DNA of 64,000 bases, taken from a virus. The notes under the pieces were generated by a model. The model was not told where the DNA came from. It saw nothing but the letters and a program-made list of their open reading frames with translations, and made no database searches. Position 1 is the first letter of the stretch; each line of letters starts with the position of its first letter. The translations under genes and the position numbers were made by a program. Where the stretch lies: the IMG/VR virus record IMGVR_UViG_3300023179_000011, positions 32,001 to 96,000 of that record. One strand, 5' to 3'. Shown here piece by piece: positions 16,849-25,440 of the stretch.

Positions 16849-17297
16849 TATGTTTCCTCTTTTGTTTCGTTTTCTAGTTCATCGCCTTTGCGGTTTTTCA
16901 CCGGTGTGAAGCCGTTTTTTTCGGCTTGCGCTGGCGACAAAGTGCGCAGCCAGTACCCGGTTGAGCACAGCTGCCCGCGCTCACCCGTGACTTCACAAAT
17001 CTTGTACGACATCGCCTCGGCCATGTTGCACACGCCAAACGTGAAATCGTCTCCGCCGTAACTGTACAGACGCAGCCCGCCAAACTTTTCTTTGATTTGG
17101 CTGAAACGAAACGGTGGGCATTCCGGTCTGTATTTGATGTGATTCTGAATTACGCTGCACGCGGTGTAAATCAAATCAAACCAGCCGTCGGAGCACTCGC
17201 AGCCAAAGCAAATTAGGGTTTCTGTTGGCGGCTTGTCATGATCTTTGAACAGCTCTGGGAATTTTGTAACAAGCCGATGTTCAAGTTCGTCTCTCAT
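16848..17297 (-). CDS. Conserved phage protein (QIKEKFGGLR family)
   Basis: CECSDGWFDLI...QIKEKFGGLRLY...SYKICEVTG. Confidence 0.8.
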   Translation of the reverse strand: MRDELEHRLVTKFPELFKDHDKPPTETLICFGCECSDGWFDLIYTACSVIQNHIKYRPECPPFRFSQIKEKFGGLRLYSYGGDDFTFGVCNMAEAMSYKICEVTGERGQLCSTGYWLRTLSPAQAEKNGFTPVKNRKGDELENETKEET

Positions 17298-17586
17298 TTT
17301 TTCCGTCCTTGGGTTTACGTTTTTTAGCTGGTTTTTCTACCGCACGTTCAAATTTTAGCAGCAGGTCCACAATAGCGTCCTGCACGTCAAATGTCTTACC
17401 TAGCTCGTCAAACGCAGATGGTTCGCGTAAATATGGATCTTCTTTGCAGCCTTTAAACGCCGCGTTGTACTCGCGAATCAGCTCAACTTTACGCGCGCCA
17501 AGTGCCGTATTAACAACTCTGAGTGCTTCGTAAGCTAACTGCGCTTCTTGCGCTGTGAGTTTCATGTTATTCAGCCATCGCGACAA
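17281..17586 (-). CDS. Hypothetical protein
   Basis: 101-aa ORF. Confidence 0.6.
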   Translation of the reverse strand: MSRWLNNMKLTAQEAQLAYEALRVVNTALGARKVELIREYNAAFKGCKEDPYLREPSAFDELGKTFDVQDAIVDLLLKFERAVEKPAKKRKPKDGKNERRT

Positions 17587-18103
17587 CGCGCCGACTGTTT
17601 TTCTTTTCTGTTAAGATGGCTGGAGCAACGTGTTGGAGTTGCGAACCGGGGATCAGTGCTGCCATGTGCCTCAAGAACGTTTGCTCAAATTCGGCTTTGG
17701 TCAAATCTGAGTAGGTGCCCATGCTGCCTTTGTGATAAACCATTTCGCCGCGATAAAGCAGCTTTCCTTCTTTGGTCACTCTGCATTTCCACGAGCACAA
17801 ACAACCAGATCGCCGGTTCCACACTTCAAGACCAACTACGACGTCTTCTTTTCTGACGTATTTACCGCACTTGCTGACCGGTATTTCTAGCTCTTCGAGA
17901 TCCTGATCGTAGTGCGGGACAATGATATCTTTGGCGCTTTCCCATACATCAGGAATGCACGTGGCCATAAAAGCTGCGTGCTGCCGGGCAAGCTGGTCGT
18001 CTTTCTTTTTTTCTTTAGCTATCAGCTCATCGCAAATTTTTCTTTGCGCAGCAACAATTAAACCTAAAAGCTCATGGTTCTGTTGTTCCACTTTTGTCCT
18101 CAA
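17567..18103 (-). CDS. Hypothetical protein
   Basis: 178-aa ORF. Confidence 0.65.
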   Translation of the reverse strand: MRTKVEQQNHELLGLIVAAQRKICDELIAKEKKKDDQLARQHAAFMATCIPDVWESAKDIIVPHYDQDLEELEIPVSKCGKYVRKEDVVVGLEVWNRRSGCLCSWKCRVTKEGKLLYRGEMVYHKGSMGTYSDLTKAEFEQTFLRHMAALIPGSQLQHVAPAILTEKKNSRRVVAMAE

Positions 18104-18341
18104 TGACGTCCCAGCCGATATGCCGAAAAACTCGCTGCGTCGCGCGAAAATCGTCGCCGTCGTCGAGTCCGGGTACTATCAGCACGAGAGTTTTGTTTTT
18201 CTTATCAATACGGAACGTGGTGCCAGATCTAGGAATTCCCCACACCGCGTCTTGCGCGGCAGCCGCTACGAGACCGCGGCACCACATCAGCACTGACTCA
18301 GACGGGTTATCAAGCTCAAAATTGTTATTGAGCGCTACCAT
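18072..18341 (-). CDS. Hypothetical protein
   Basis: 89-aa ORF. Confidence 0.6.
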   Translation of the reverse strand: MVALNNNFELDNPSESVLMWCRGLVAAAAQDAVWGIPRSGTTFRIDKKNKTLVLIVPGLDDGDDFRATQRVFRHIGWDVIEDKSGTTEP

Positions 18342-18843
18342 CGGATTTCGTTTCTCCGGCGGTCAAGGGTTCAGTTTTAAAGTAGTTGTTAGCGACCGCG
18401 GACCTTAAATAGTCTCCTACCAAAAGGTCGTGACCAACTTCGATTTTTGCGAACTTGCGCAGCGTGTCTTCCGTGTATTCAGCGTCCATAACGAGCACGT
18501 CCGGCCACGAAGCTGCCTCTTCTGCGTACAGCTGGTCAGCGCCGTTAGCTTTGTATAGTTTTATTGCTTCGTTGCGGTAAAACTCTTCGGCTGCTGGTCC
18601 GCGTAAAATCTTGGACTCAACAGCGGTTTCGGCGCTGTCGTCATCGTCGTCGTGTGCCGCGGCTATATCGAGCGTACAAAGGCAGCCCGACAGCTGCGCG
18701 ATGATCGTCGATATAGTTTCATCGTCTTGATTCTCGCAAAAGCTGTTTGCAAATGCGCGCAGCAGCAGCTCCTCAATAAGCTCCGCAGTTACGGGTTCTT
18801 TGTTTGCAACCAGATACTGCAGCCGTAAATCTTCTCTGCTCAT
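18325..18843 (-). CDS. Hypothetical acidic protein
   Basis: 172-aa ORF. Confidence 0.65.
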   Translation of the reverse strand: MSREDLRLQYLVANKEPVTAELIEELLLRAFANSFCENQDDETISTIIAQLSGCLCTLDIAAAHDDDDDSAETAVESKILRGPAAEEFYRNEAIKLYKANGADQLYAEEAASWPDVLVMDAEYTEDTLRKFAKIEVGHDLLVGDYLRSAVANNYFKTEPLTAGETKSDGSAQ

Positions 18844-19214
18844 ACAGAACTCGCTTCTGGTTTAGGATCGAGGCGTTTGTGAAGCTCGTCGCGCCATACA
18901 TATGCCTGCGACCCGCGGCCAAACTTGGTCGGGCAGTTGATATCAAAATCTCGGATCATGCTGGACAGCGCGTCGAGTCCGTAGATTCCGCGCATCTGGT
19001 TGACCGGTTTGCCGTCAGGCCCGGAGATGGTGTACTTCGGATTGCTGAAATCGCTCTCATAAATCGTGGTGCAGCGATCGACCATTTCTTGCGGTACGCC
19101 AACGTCCAAAAACGCCTGCGGCTCGAATATTGTGTGGCCGTCGCACATGTCTGCCGCGGCGAGAACGATGTGCGCGGGAATGTCGGTCCATTTGATTGTG
19201 TGGCCTTTAGTCAT
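18840..19214 (-). CDS. Hypothetical protein
   Basis: Start reassigned to MTKGH (19214) after GAGGAG. Confidence 0.65.
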   Translation of the reverse strand: MTKGHTIKWTDIPAHIVLAAADMCDGHTIFEPQAFLDVGVPQEMVDRCTTIYESDFSNPKYTISGPDGKPVNQMRGIYGLDALSSMIRDFDINCPTKFGRGSQAYVWRDELHKRLDPKPEASSV

Positions 19215-19446
19215 CTGTTTGCTCCTCGCATACGCTGTCATAGTTTTGCTCGTCGTCGCTGCTGAGCCCTTCGTATTCGGCAATGCAGCAGCCACACACA
19301 AGCCGATTGATCCATCGATGTGCGGCGTCTACCTCGATTTCTTCGCCGCATGCGGCGCACGGAATGATCGTGTCTTCTAGGTAGGCTAGCAGGTTTTCTT
19401 CATCCTGCAACGCCACGTCTTCGATCGTGTCGTGAATGGAATTCAT
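19207..19446 (-). CDS. Small zinc-finger-like protein
   Basis: CAAC...CGCC; start MNSIHD after GGAG. Confidence 0.55.
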   Translation of the reverse strand: MNSIHDTIEDVALQDEENLLAYLEDTIIPCAACGEEIEVDAAHRWINRLVCGCCIAEYEGLSSDDEQNYDSVCEEQTDD

Positions 19447-19459
19447 GGTTTTCTCCAGC

Positions 19460-19492
19460 GCCCGGGCGGTAGCCAAAAACTACCGCCCGGGC
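19460..19492. promoter_or_regulatory. Perfect 13-bp hairpin between genes
   Basis: GCCCGGGCGGTAG-CCAAAAA-CTACCGCCCGGGC. No U-tract on minus; it abuts the next SD. Confidence 0.6.
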
Positions 19493-19511
19493 AGAGACTT
19501 CGGTTTAGATA

Positions 19512-20135
19512 TCAGTCCCAGACGCGGATGACGGTGTTGTCCCGCGCAACCGTACGCTGGTACGTAATCCGATATGTGCCCGGCGGCAGCAGCCAGTCGC
19601 CGTGCTCCGGGTGCGTGATCGTATTGGCCTTGGTCAGCCGAAGAATTGGACCCGCAAACGTGAGCATTGCGATCGCGTCTTGCGCCGTTACCCTGTTCGA
19701 CGATGCGTTTGGGTTGGCCCGTTGTTCGGCCCGCTCCGATTCCTGCAGGCGCGGCCGCCAGTTCGGCTCCGCTGTGGAGATACCGCGCATCTCGGCCAGC
19801 TGCGCAAACATCTCGCGAGAGCCAGATTCCACTGGGCTGTAAACAGTTACGCCGTCGCCGTGCGCAAGGCAGTGCCGGCTGCCCTTGGTGTTGCCCTCAG
19901 CAAGCTGGAGCGGGAAGACCGGCTGCAGCGTGCGCGTGTAAAGCAACGGCGTTTCCGAAACGTCATCAATCTTCTGAATATAAATATCGCCCTGCCGGAC
20001 GGCGTCGCCTACGCTCGCCGCCTCGGGAAACTGCTGCTGGGCGTCGTTCTTAATCTTCTCAACAGCCGCGGCGGCGGCGCGAAGCCGAGCCACCGTGGCG
20101 TGCGAAACCGGGGCGTCAATAACAGCTGTACTCAT
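19512..20135 (-). CDS. Conserved RQGD...HxEH protein (usual partner of DUF6745)
   Basis: VRQGDIYIQKI...LAEGNTKGSRH...ITHPEHGDWLLPPGTYRITYQR. Confidence 0.75.
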   Translation of the reverse strand: MSTAVIDAPVSHATVARLRAAAAAVEKIKNDAQQQFPEAASVGDAVRQGDIYIQKIDDVSETPLLYTRTLQPVFPLQLAEGNTKGSRHCLAHGDGVTVYSPVESGSREMFAQLAEMRGISTAEPNWRPRLQESERAEQRANPNASSNRVTAQDAIAMLTFAGPILRLTKANTITHPEHGDWLLPPGTYRITYQRTVARDNTVIRVWD

Positions 20136-20155
20136 GAAAAACTTCTTTGTGTGAT

Positions 20156-21586
20156 TTAAGATGCACCAATAACTCGAACCTGATGGGCGGCGTACGGAAC
20201 ACGCGAAGTAGTTCCGGCGTCGGCCATCCACCGCTGCGCTTCTACGCAGGTGTTAACATCACGCGGCACGCTGATGAAGTAACGCCGCCCGGTGGAGCGG
20301 CAGAACAACACCATTCGATTTTGACCGGCGTTGTTTTCATGCCCCCGCGGCGGACCAACCAGCATCTCGGTCGTGTTATCAATATCGTTAACACGACTAT
20401 CGAGAACCGGGCAGTCTGCCTCGGCAATAAATCGATCCCAGCCAAACTTTTCGATAGCAAGCCGGCGTGTTTCTTCGTTACGAATGCGCATGATGTGCGC
20501 TGTCGACAGCCGCTCAGGCTTTTCGACAATCGTACGGCCACCTTCGTTCATAAAGTGCCCGTCGTTGAACCACAGCTTTACGCCGTCAGCCCACTGTACG
20601 GCCGGCCCAGTCGTGCTGTGCAGGTTGTCAGACTCGTTCAACTCGATACGCGGACGATCGGCAAGAATAATGCACGACGTCTGAAACGCGGCAAACGCCG
20701 TGCAATGATGGAACACTTCGTGCTCCCATGTCGTTGCCGGGTCGTCGATCTTCAACATCTTGCACAGAATTTCGGCGTCGAGGGCCTGCGGTACGCTGCC
20801 AAGAAACACGTTGTCGTTAGAAATTGAATTAGCCGGATTGATTAATTCATTCAGTGACATAGCGCGATTCAGCTCGCCAATTGACCCCGCAGTCGAACTG
20901 CTGTCAAAAATAATTTTGTTGCTAATTTCAGCTATTTTCTTTGTACTTTTTAACACTTCATTGTTGCGGATTGTTCCGTCCCAGCTACGAAAACTTTCTG
21001 TGATCGATTCGAGGCCGACGGTGTCGTTAAGCACGGATCGGAAAATTTCGACTGTGGCGGTCAAGTGGTTTGTCTTGTACATGACAACATCTTCTAAGCC
21101 CTCGCCGCGGTTTCTCCACCATCGCCGCGATAACCCAAAAGAATTAGCTACAAGCTTTTCGTTGGACATATACTCTTCGCGAATTGCTCGCAACCACGTT
21201 CGGGTAAACTCGTTGTTCTGCATGTTGCTCCACCAGCGCCGGCGATCGCTATTCCAGCCGAGCAACGAGTCTTTACGCAGCGGGCGAAGAAACGCGCTAT
21301 CGATTTCAAGCTGCTGGCACAGCTCTTTTGCGTATGTCTTTGTCATCCGGCCGCGTACTACAGCCATTGAAATCATGAACGTGACTGGAGACGCAGCTAC
21401 GTGAAAAGTTACTTGGCTTTTCTTATAGCGGTCTGAACGAAACGAACCTAAACCGCCTTCGTAACCAGCGCGAAGTATTTCTGCGGCTTTATTGTGATTT
21501 GGCTGGCCTGTGTGAATAGTCTCAAGCCAGCGATTGATCGTGTTTTCAACAATGGTTCGAGTTGCTTTGGAGATTTTGGACTTCAT
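20156..21586 (-). CDS. DUF6745-like domain protein
   Basis: C-terminal LHSTTGPAVQWADGVKLWFNDGH...IMRIRNEETRRLAIEKFGWDRF...CRSTGRRY. Confidence 0.7.
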   Translation of the reverse strand: MKSKISKATRTIVENTINRWLETIHTGQPNHNKAAEILRAGYEGGLGSFRSDRYKKSQVTFHVAASPVTFMISMAVVRGRMTKTYAKELCQQLEIDSAFLRPLRKDSLLGWNSDRRRWWSNMQNNEFTRTWLRAIREEYMSNEKLVANSFGLSRRWWRNRGEGLEDVVMYKTNHLTATVEIFRSVLNDTVGLESITESFRSWDGTIRNNEVLKSTKKIAEISNKIIFDSSSTAGSIGELNRAMSLNELINPANSISNDNVFLGSVPQALDAEILCKMLKIDDPATTWEHEVFHHCTAFAAFQTSCIILADRPRIELNESDNLHSTTGPAVQWADGVKLWFNDGHFMNEGGRTIVEKPERLSTAHIMRIRNEETRRLAIEKFGWDRFIAEADCPVLDSRVNDIDNTTEMLVGPPRGHENNAGQNRMVLFCRSTGRRYFISVPRDVNTCVEAQRWMADAGTTSRVPYAAHQVRVIGAS

Positions 21587-21587
21587 G

Positions 21588-22043
21588 TTAGGTAGTGGTT
21601 GCCATGACGGGGTCAATAAACCCACAGTTCAGCGTGCTGTCGGTCAGCACAATTTCAAAGGTTTCAAAGTGGTCGCAGTTGTGTACCCAGCTGCGTGGAA
21701 TATTAATTACTTCAGCAAAGTCGTCGCCGCCAACTAGTTCGCGGCTATTTTCGTAGTATTTGTCATCTGTATTTGGGTTGCAGTGTTCAGCGTACACAAC
21801 GTGTGCGCCGCTAGCGACACTCTCAACGTCTCGCGGAATACCGTTGCTCATGAGATATACGCCGCGGTCGTGCACAAACACTAATCCGGGGCCGACGGGC
21901 GTGCGCGTTTCCGGCGGCTCTAATCCAAGCTCGCGAAACTGCTCGTCCGTCATGTTCTCGTGGCCCATATCAAACTCTGTCGCGGCGTATGCGTGCTCAA
22001 GGCAGCGCTTTACTTCCGCGGCTTTAAACCGTAACACTGGCAT
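21588..22043 (-). CDS. DUF3085-like protein
   Basis: LVFVHDRGVYLMSNG...VYAEHCNP...VGGDDFAEVI. Confidence 0.8.
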   Translation of the reverse strand: MPVLRFKAAEVKRCLEHAYAATEFDMGHENMTDEQFRELGLEPPETRTPVGPGLVFVHDRGVYLMSNGIPRDVESVASGAHVVYAEHCNPNTDDKYYENSRELVGGDDFAEVINIPRSWVHNCDHFETFEIVLTDSTLNCGFIDPVMATTT

Positions 22044-22398
22044 CGTCTAGCTCCTTCTCTAGGTTTTTACCTCTACCAAACATCCACGAGTCGCCGTCTT
22101 CTGGTTGAATGCGGCGCAGCCAGTCTGCCACGCTTGGGATGCGGCCAAGGTCTTCGTTGACGTGCTGTTCGCCGATATACCGTACCGGCACGACGCGCCC
22201 GTCAGAATTAGTGATTACTTTTCCGAAGATCTGTTCTGATAAGAAAATACCTTCGGAGTGATGCCGCAGCGCTCGGTGACGAAAGTCCGCCATGTGCGCC
22301 TTGGATCCATCAAACCATTCGTGGATTGCGAGATAATCGTCTACCTCGCCGCCCCACTTGCGCACTGACGACAGCGCGTGATGGTACGGATGTGCCAC
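22024..22398 (-). CDS. DUF6915-like protein
   Basis: AHPYHHALSSVRKWGG...IHEWFD...RHRALRHHSEGIF...IGEQHVNEDLGRIP; GTG start. Confidence 0.8.
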   Translation of the reverse strand: MAHPYHHALSSVRKWGGEVDDYLAIHEWFDGSKAHMADFRHRALRHHSEGIFLSEQIFGKVITNSDGRVVPVRYIGEQHVNEDLGRIPSVADWLRRIQPEDGDSWMFGRGKNLEKELDDASVTV

Positions 22399-22400
22399 AG

Positions 22401-22634
22401 TTACTCCACTACAGTTGCTGACGACCATACGAAACGCTCAAACAACCAATCTGGTCCGTCGTACTCGTCGAAGACAACAAACGGCGCCTCGTAACCCTCA
22501 GCGGTGGCGGCGTTAATTGCATCTTCATAGTGACCGCCGTCGTTGTAGTCCGGGTCGGTGCACCTGACTTTACAGAAGTAAAAATCCGGTTCGCCGGCCG
22601 CGTTGTGCGCGGCTACGACGCATTTGATGTCCAT
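22401..22634 (-). CDS. Hypothetical protein, paralog of 22979..23236
   Basis: CVVA...AGEPDFYFC...VVFDEYDGPDWLF. Confidence 0.75.
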   Translation of the reverse strand: MDIKCVVAAHNAAGEPDFYFCKVRCTDPDYNDGGHYEDAINAATAEGYEAPFVVFDEYDGPDWLFERFVWSSATVVE

Positions 22635-22976
22635 CTAGCTCCTCGTTGCTTTTTCGATGGTAGCAATCGCGTGGTCGATAACGAGTGTCGTATCGTTTTC
22701 TGCCTCGTCGTCTGGATACAGTCGCTCGTATAGCGCAATTAGTTCGTCTTTGGTGTTACGCAACGCTTCCAGTAGTTCTGGCGCCGCGGCTATTAAACGC
22801 CCGTTAGCGCGGTCTTCGTCTGTGATGACTTCAGCGCCGTATCCGTCGTCTGCAGTATCGTCAAACGTATTGCACGTCCACGCAATAACGCGTCTGCCGC
22901 CAGACGCGACAATTTCTTCAGCTTCGGCTTCGTTACCAGAGTCGCCGCCGACTTCCCACGGTCCGGGTGTGTGCAT
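22635..22976 (-). CDS. Conserved phage protein (HTPGPW...ANARLIAAAPELLEAL family)
   Basis: MHTPGPWEV...ANGRLIAAAPELLEAL. Confidence 0.8.
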   Translation of the reverse strand: MHTPGPWEVGGDSGNEAEAEEIVASGGRRVIAWTCNTFDDTADDGYGAEVITDEDRANGRLIAAAPELLEALRNTKDELIALYERLYPDDEAENDTTLVIDHAIATIEKATRS

Positions 22977-22978
22977 TG

Positions 22979-23236
22979 CTAGTCGTCGTCTCCGGCGGCC
23001 CGAACAGTTGTAGCCGTGTGCCACGCAAAATACTTAAACAACCAATCTGGGCCGTCAAACTCGTCAAACACAACCATATTGTCTGGTTCAAAGCCGCTGT
23101 TCGCCTCGGCTTCTGCCTCTGCGGTGGCGCAATGGTCGCGGCTATCAAACTCTTCTTTTGTGCATTCGACGTTACAGAAATAAAAATCGGGTTCGCCGGC
23201 AAGTGTGTAACCAGCGACAACACATTTAACAATCAT
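22979..23236 (-). CDS. Hypothetical protein, paralog of 22401..22634
   Basis: CVVAG...AGEPDFYFC...VVFDEFDGPDWLF. Confidence 0.75.
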   Translation of the reverse strand: MIVKCVVAGYTLAGEPDFYFCNVECTKEEFDSRDHCATAEAEAEANSGFEPDNMVVFDEFDGPDWLFKYFAWHTATTVRAAGDDD

Positions 23237-23238
23237 TT

Positions 23239-23460
23239 TTACTCGCTTGTGTACAAGTCAAGCACAGAGGTTAGATCGCTGTGCGTAGCGGACCAGTCCA
23301 TTTTTTCTTCGGCTATTTCGGCCGAGCGTTCCCAGTCAGCGTCGTCGGATCTGTCGAACATATCGGCGCTCCACCAAGCCAGAATGACGCTTTTGACGCC
23401 TTTTTTCTTTGCGCGTTCTAAATTGTCAATAGCTTCGTCGATGGTCATGTCACCACTCAT
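23239..23460 (-). CDS. Hypothetical protein
   Basis: Short ORF; start MSGDMT overlaps the upstream stop region. Confidence 0.65.
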   Translation of the reverse strand: MSGDMTIDEAIDNLERAKKKGVKSVILAWWSADMFDRSDDADWERSAEIAEEKMDWSATHSDLTSVLDLYTSE

Positions 23461-23893
23461 TTTCCGTGGTGTTTGTTTCCATGATGCGCTCATTGTGCTG
23501 CTGCTTGATCTTGCATTTGAGCGTGTCGATCTCTATCTCGCCGAAGCTGCCTTCGTTGATCTCCCAGCCGCCCGGCAGCAAATGCCAAAGTGTTTCTGTG
23601 AACTCTTCGAGTTTTTCTGGCGAAATAATCGGCGTTGGGTTAGGTCCGCTCGGCTCTACATGCAGCCGTTTAAAGTCACTGAGATACATTCGCCGGCCGT
23701 TCGTCGCTGTATCCATGGCGTCTTGATCGTTTTCTGCCACTGGGTCACAAAACCAGAAGCAAATTTCTTGAAAGTCGCCGGAGTCGCCGCTGCCGTCATA
23801 TGACGCAACCACCCGTGTCACGCCAACGGCAGTAAATAGCGGACAGATTTCTTTGAGCGTTTCAATCGGCGTTTTGACTTTGGTTTTTGCCAT
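23450..23893 (-). CDS. DUF6878-like protein
   Basis: GVTRVVASYDGSGDSGDF...PGGWEINEGSFGEIEID. Confidence 0.75.
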   Translation of the reverse strand: MAKTKVKTPIETLKEICPLFTAVGVTRVVASYDGSGDSGDFQEICFWFCDPVAENDQDAMDTATNGRRMYLSDFKRLHVEPSGPNPTPIISPEKLEEFTETLWHLLPGGWEINEGSFGEIEIDTLKCKIKQQHNERIMETNTTENEW

Positions 23894-23894
23894 G

Positions 23895-24398
23895 TTAGTA
23901 GGACGCGTACACCGTACAGGGTTTACCGGTTTTCTTTTCCTTTTCTTCAGCAAGCGCGACAAAATTTTGAAACGACTCGACCACTCGGTCCGCAAGATCT
24001 GACTGGTCGCCGTATAGCCGCGCTTGCCTCTCACGCACGGCCTCTTCGACAGTCATTGGTCTAGTTGTGTCGCTTCTGATGTTTCCGCCCTCCACAACTT
24101 CGGCGCCGGTTGACTGCACCATATTCAAAAACATTTTAGCCAGCTGATGGCCTGCAGCTGTCATCGCGGGCTCTGTAACACGCGTCAGCCGCTCTCGCAT
24201 GATTGCGGCTGGAATTTCCGCGCGGCAGTCGTCGGCCTCGAACGCTTCACGAACAAGAATTCGTGTGGCATATGGGCCTCCGTGATACGCCTCGCGGAGA
24301 TAGCCGACGTGGCCCGACGTGGTAGAGAAGCCGGTGGCTTGCGCTTCCTTTTCTTCTTCTTTCATTCCGTCCCACTCCAGATAGATATCAATACCCAT
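23895..24398 (-). CDS. Conserved hypothetical protein
   Basis: 167-aa ORF beginning MGIDIYL...GYLREAYHGG. Confidence 0.7.
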   Translation of the reverse strand: MGIDIYLEWDGMKEEEKEAQATGFSTTSGHVGYLREAYHGGPYATRILVREAFEADDCRAEIPAAIMRERLTRVTEPAMTAAGHQLAKMFLNMVQSTGAEVVEGGNIRSDTTRPMTVEEAVRERQARLYGDQSDLADRVVESFQNFVALAEEKEKKTGKPCTVYASY

Positions 24399-24625
24399 TA
24401 CTTGTCTCTCCTCTTCTTGCAGTTGAGGGCGGCGGTCATGTCAGACTTTTTGGCGTCACTCATGTCAATTGAGCAACTGGCGTTTTTGTGCACAAGTACG
24501 ACTTTTTTATCCGGCTTTTTGATGTCGGCTAGTACGGCCGCGGTCTCGGCGGCACCCTCGTCAGAGGCTTCGATTACGTACGTTTCTGCGTGAGTTCGAG
24601 AAATGCGAACATGGAAATAAGGCAT
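24398..24625 (-). CDS. Hypothetical protein
   Basis: 75-aa ORF after GAGG. Confidence 0.6.
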   Translation of the reverse strand: MPYFHVRISRTHAETYVIEASDEGAAETAAVLADIKKPDKKVVLVHKNASCSIDMSDAKKSDMTAALNCKKRRDK

Positions 24626-24637
24626 TGTGTCCTCGTT

Positions 24638-24681
24638 AAATAAAGAGAGGGCGCCGGGAGAACTAACCCCCGGCGCCCTCT
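24638..24681 (-). terminator. Intrinsic terminator
   Basis: 13-bp stem AGAGGGCGCCGGG/CCCGGCGCCCTCT, followed by CTTTATTT on minus. Confidence 0.75.
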
Positions 24682-24713
24682 ACAACTAGCTGTTGTTAAT
24701 TACTGCCGGCAGT

Positions 24714-25025
24714 TCACTGGCAGCAGCAGCCGCGGCAGCCGCGAGCGCGAACCACACGGGCCGGCGCCGTCACAACGCGTACCGGAACCTCAACGACCGC
24801 GCTAGTGACCGTACGCGTCCGTTCGATCGTCCGACCGAACAGGCCAGCGCGGCACGCGCCGCGGCACGAGCTTTCCGTGCAACAGGTGCCATTGGCGCAC
24901 GCGGGCTCAGCCGCAATCGCCGGGGCGGCGGGCTGCACCAGCACGCTCTTCGGCTCACCGGCGTCGCCGGCAAACGCAACGGACGAAACGAACGCAAGGA
25001 CCACAGCCGCAAAACAAGACTTCAT
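24714..25025 (-). CDS. Secreted Cys-rich small protein (Planctomycete-style)
   Basis: Signal peptide MKSCFAAVVLAFVSSVAFA, CANGTCC...CRGAC, C-terminal GCRGCCCQ; has its own SD and terminator. Confidence 0.7.
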   Translation of the reverse strand: MKSCFAAVVLAFVSSVAFAGDAGEPKSVLVQPAAPAIAAEPACANGTCCTESSCRGACRAGLFGRTIERTRTVTSAVVEVPVRVVTAPARVVRARGCRGCCCQ

Positions 25026-25094
25026 GTCAATCTCCTTGAACTACCGAACACATATCACCGCACGCGCGGCGATAACCTGCTCAGCGATACTCTC

Positions 25095-25122
25095 TGTATA
25101 GCTGAACAGGATTTTGTTGCAA
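25095..25122 (-). promoter_or_regulatory. Possible sigma70-like promoter for the secreted protein
   Basis: TTGCAA-N16-TATACA on minus, in the intergenic gap. Confidence 0.3.
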
Positions 25123-25169
25123 CCCCAAAACCCAAAAGGGAATCTGGGGAGTTTTGTAAAAATGCGTAA

Positions 25170-25439
25170 TTATTCACGCACTACATGCACGTTGTACCAG
25201 AACATTTTGTCGTTGAGCCATTTGGCCTCGGCGGCGAGCGCGTCTGCGCGCGATTCAAAATTGCGCAAAAACGGCCCGCCGACTGGCGATAAGTCTGCAA
25301 TCCACTGTCCCGGAATTGTCGGGTCAGGCTCAACATGACTGGCACGTTTGATATCAAGCTCACCCAGCGCTTTTAAATTGATCTCTTCGCCATAGAGACA
25401 CTGCGCTGAGCCGTTTGGGCGAATGTATAGTTGCAGCAT
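25170..25439 (-). CDS. Conserved RASHVEP-motif protein of the AAA/DUF1257 cluster
   Basis: CLYGEEINLKALGELDIKRASHVEPD...WIADLSPVGGP. Confidence 0.75.
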   Translation of the reverse strand: MLQLYIRPNGSAQCLYGEEINLKALGELDIKRASHVEPDPTIPGQWIADLSPVGGPFLRNFESRADALAAEAKWLNDKMFWYNVHVVRE

Positions 25440-25440
25440 G

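Noticed and set aside
22967-23803. 278-aa plus-strand ORF
   Set aside because: Antisense to three minus-strand genes with recognisable family motifs.
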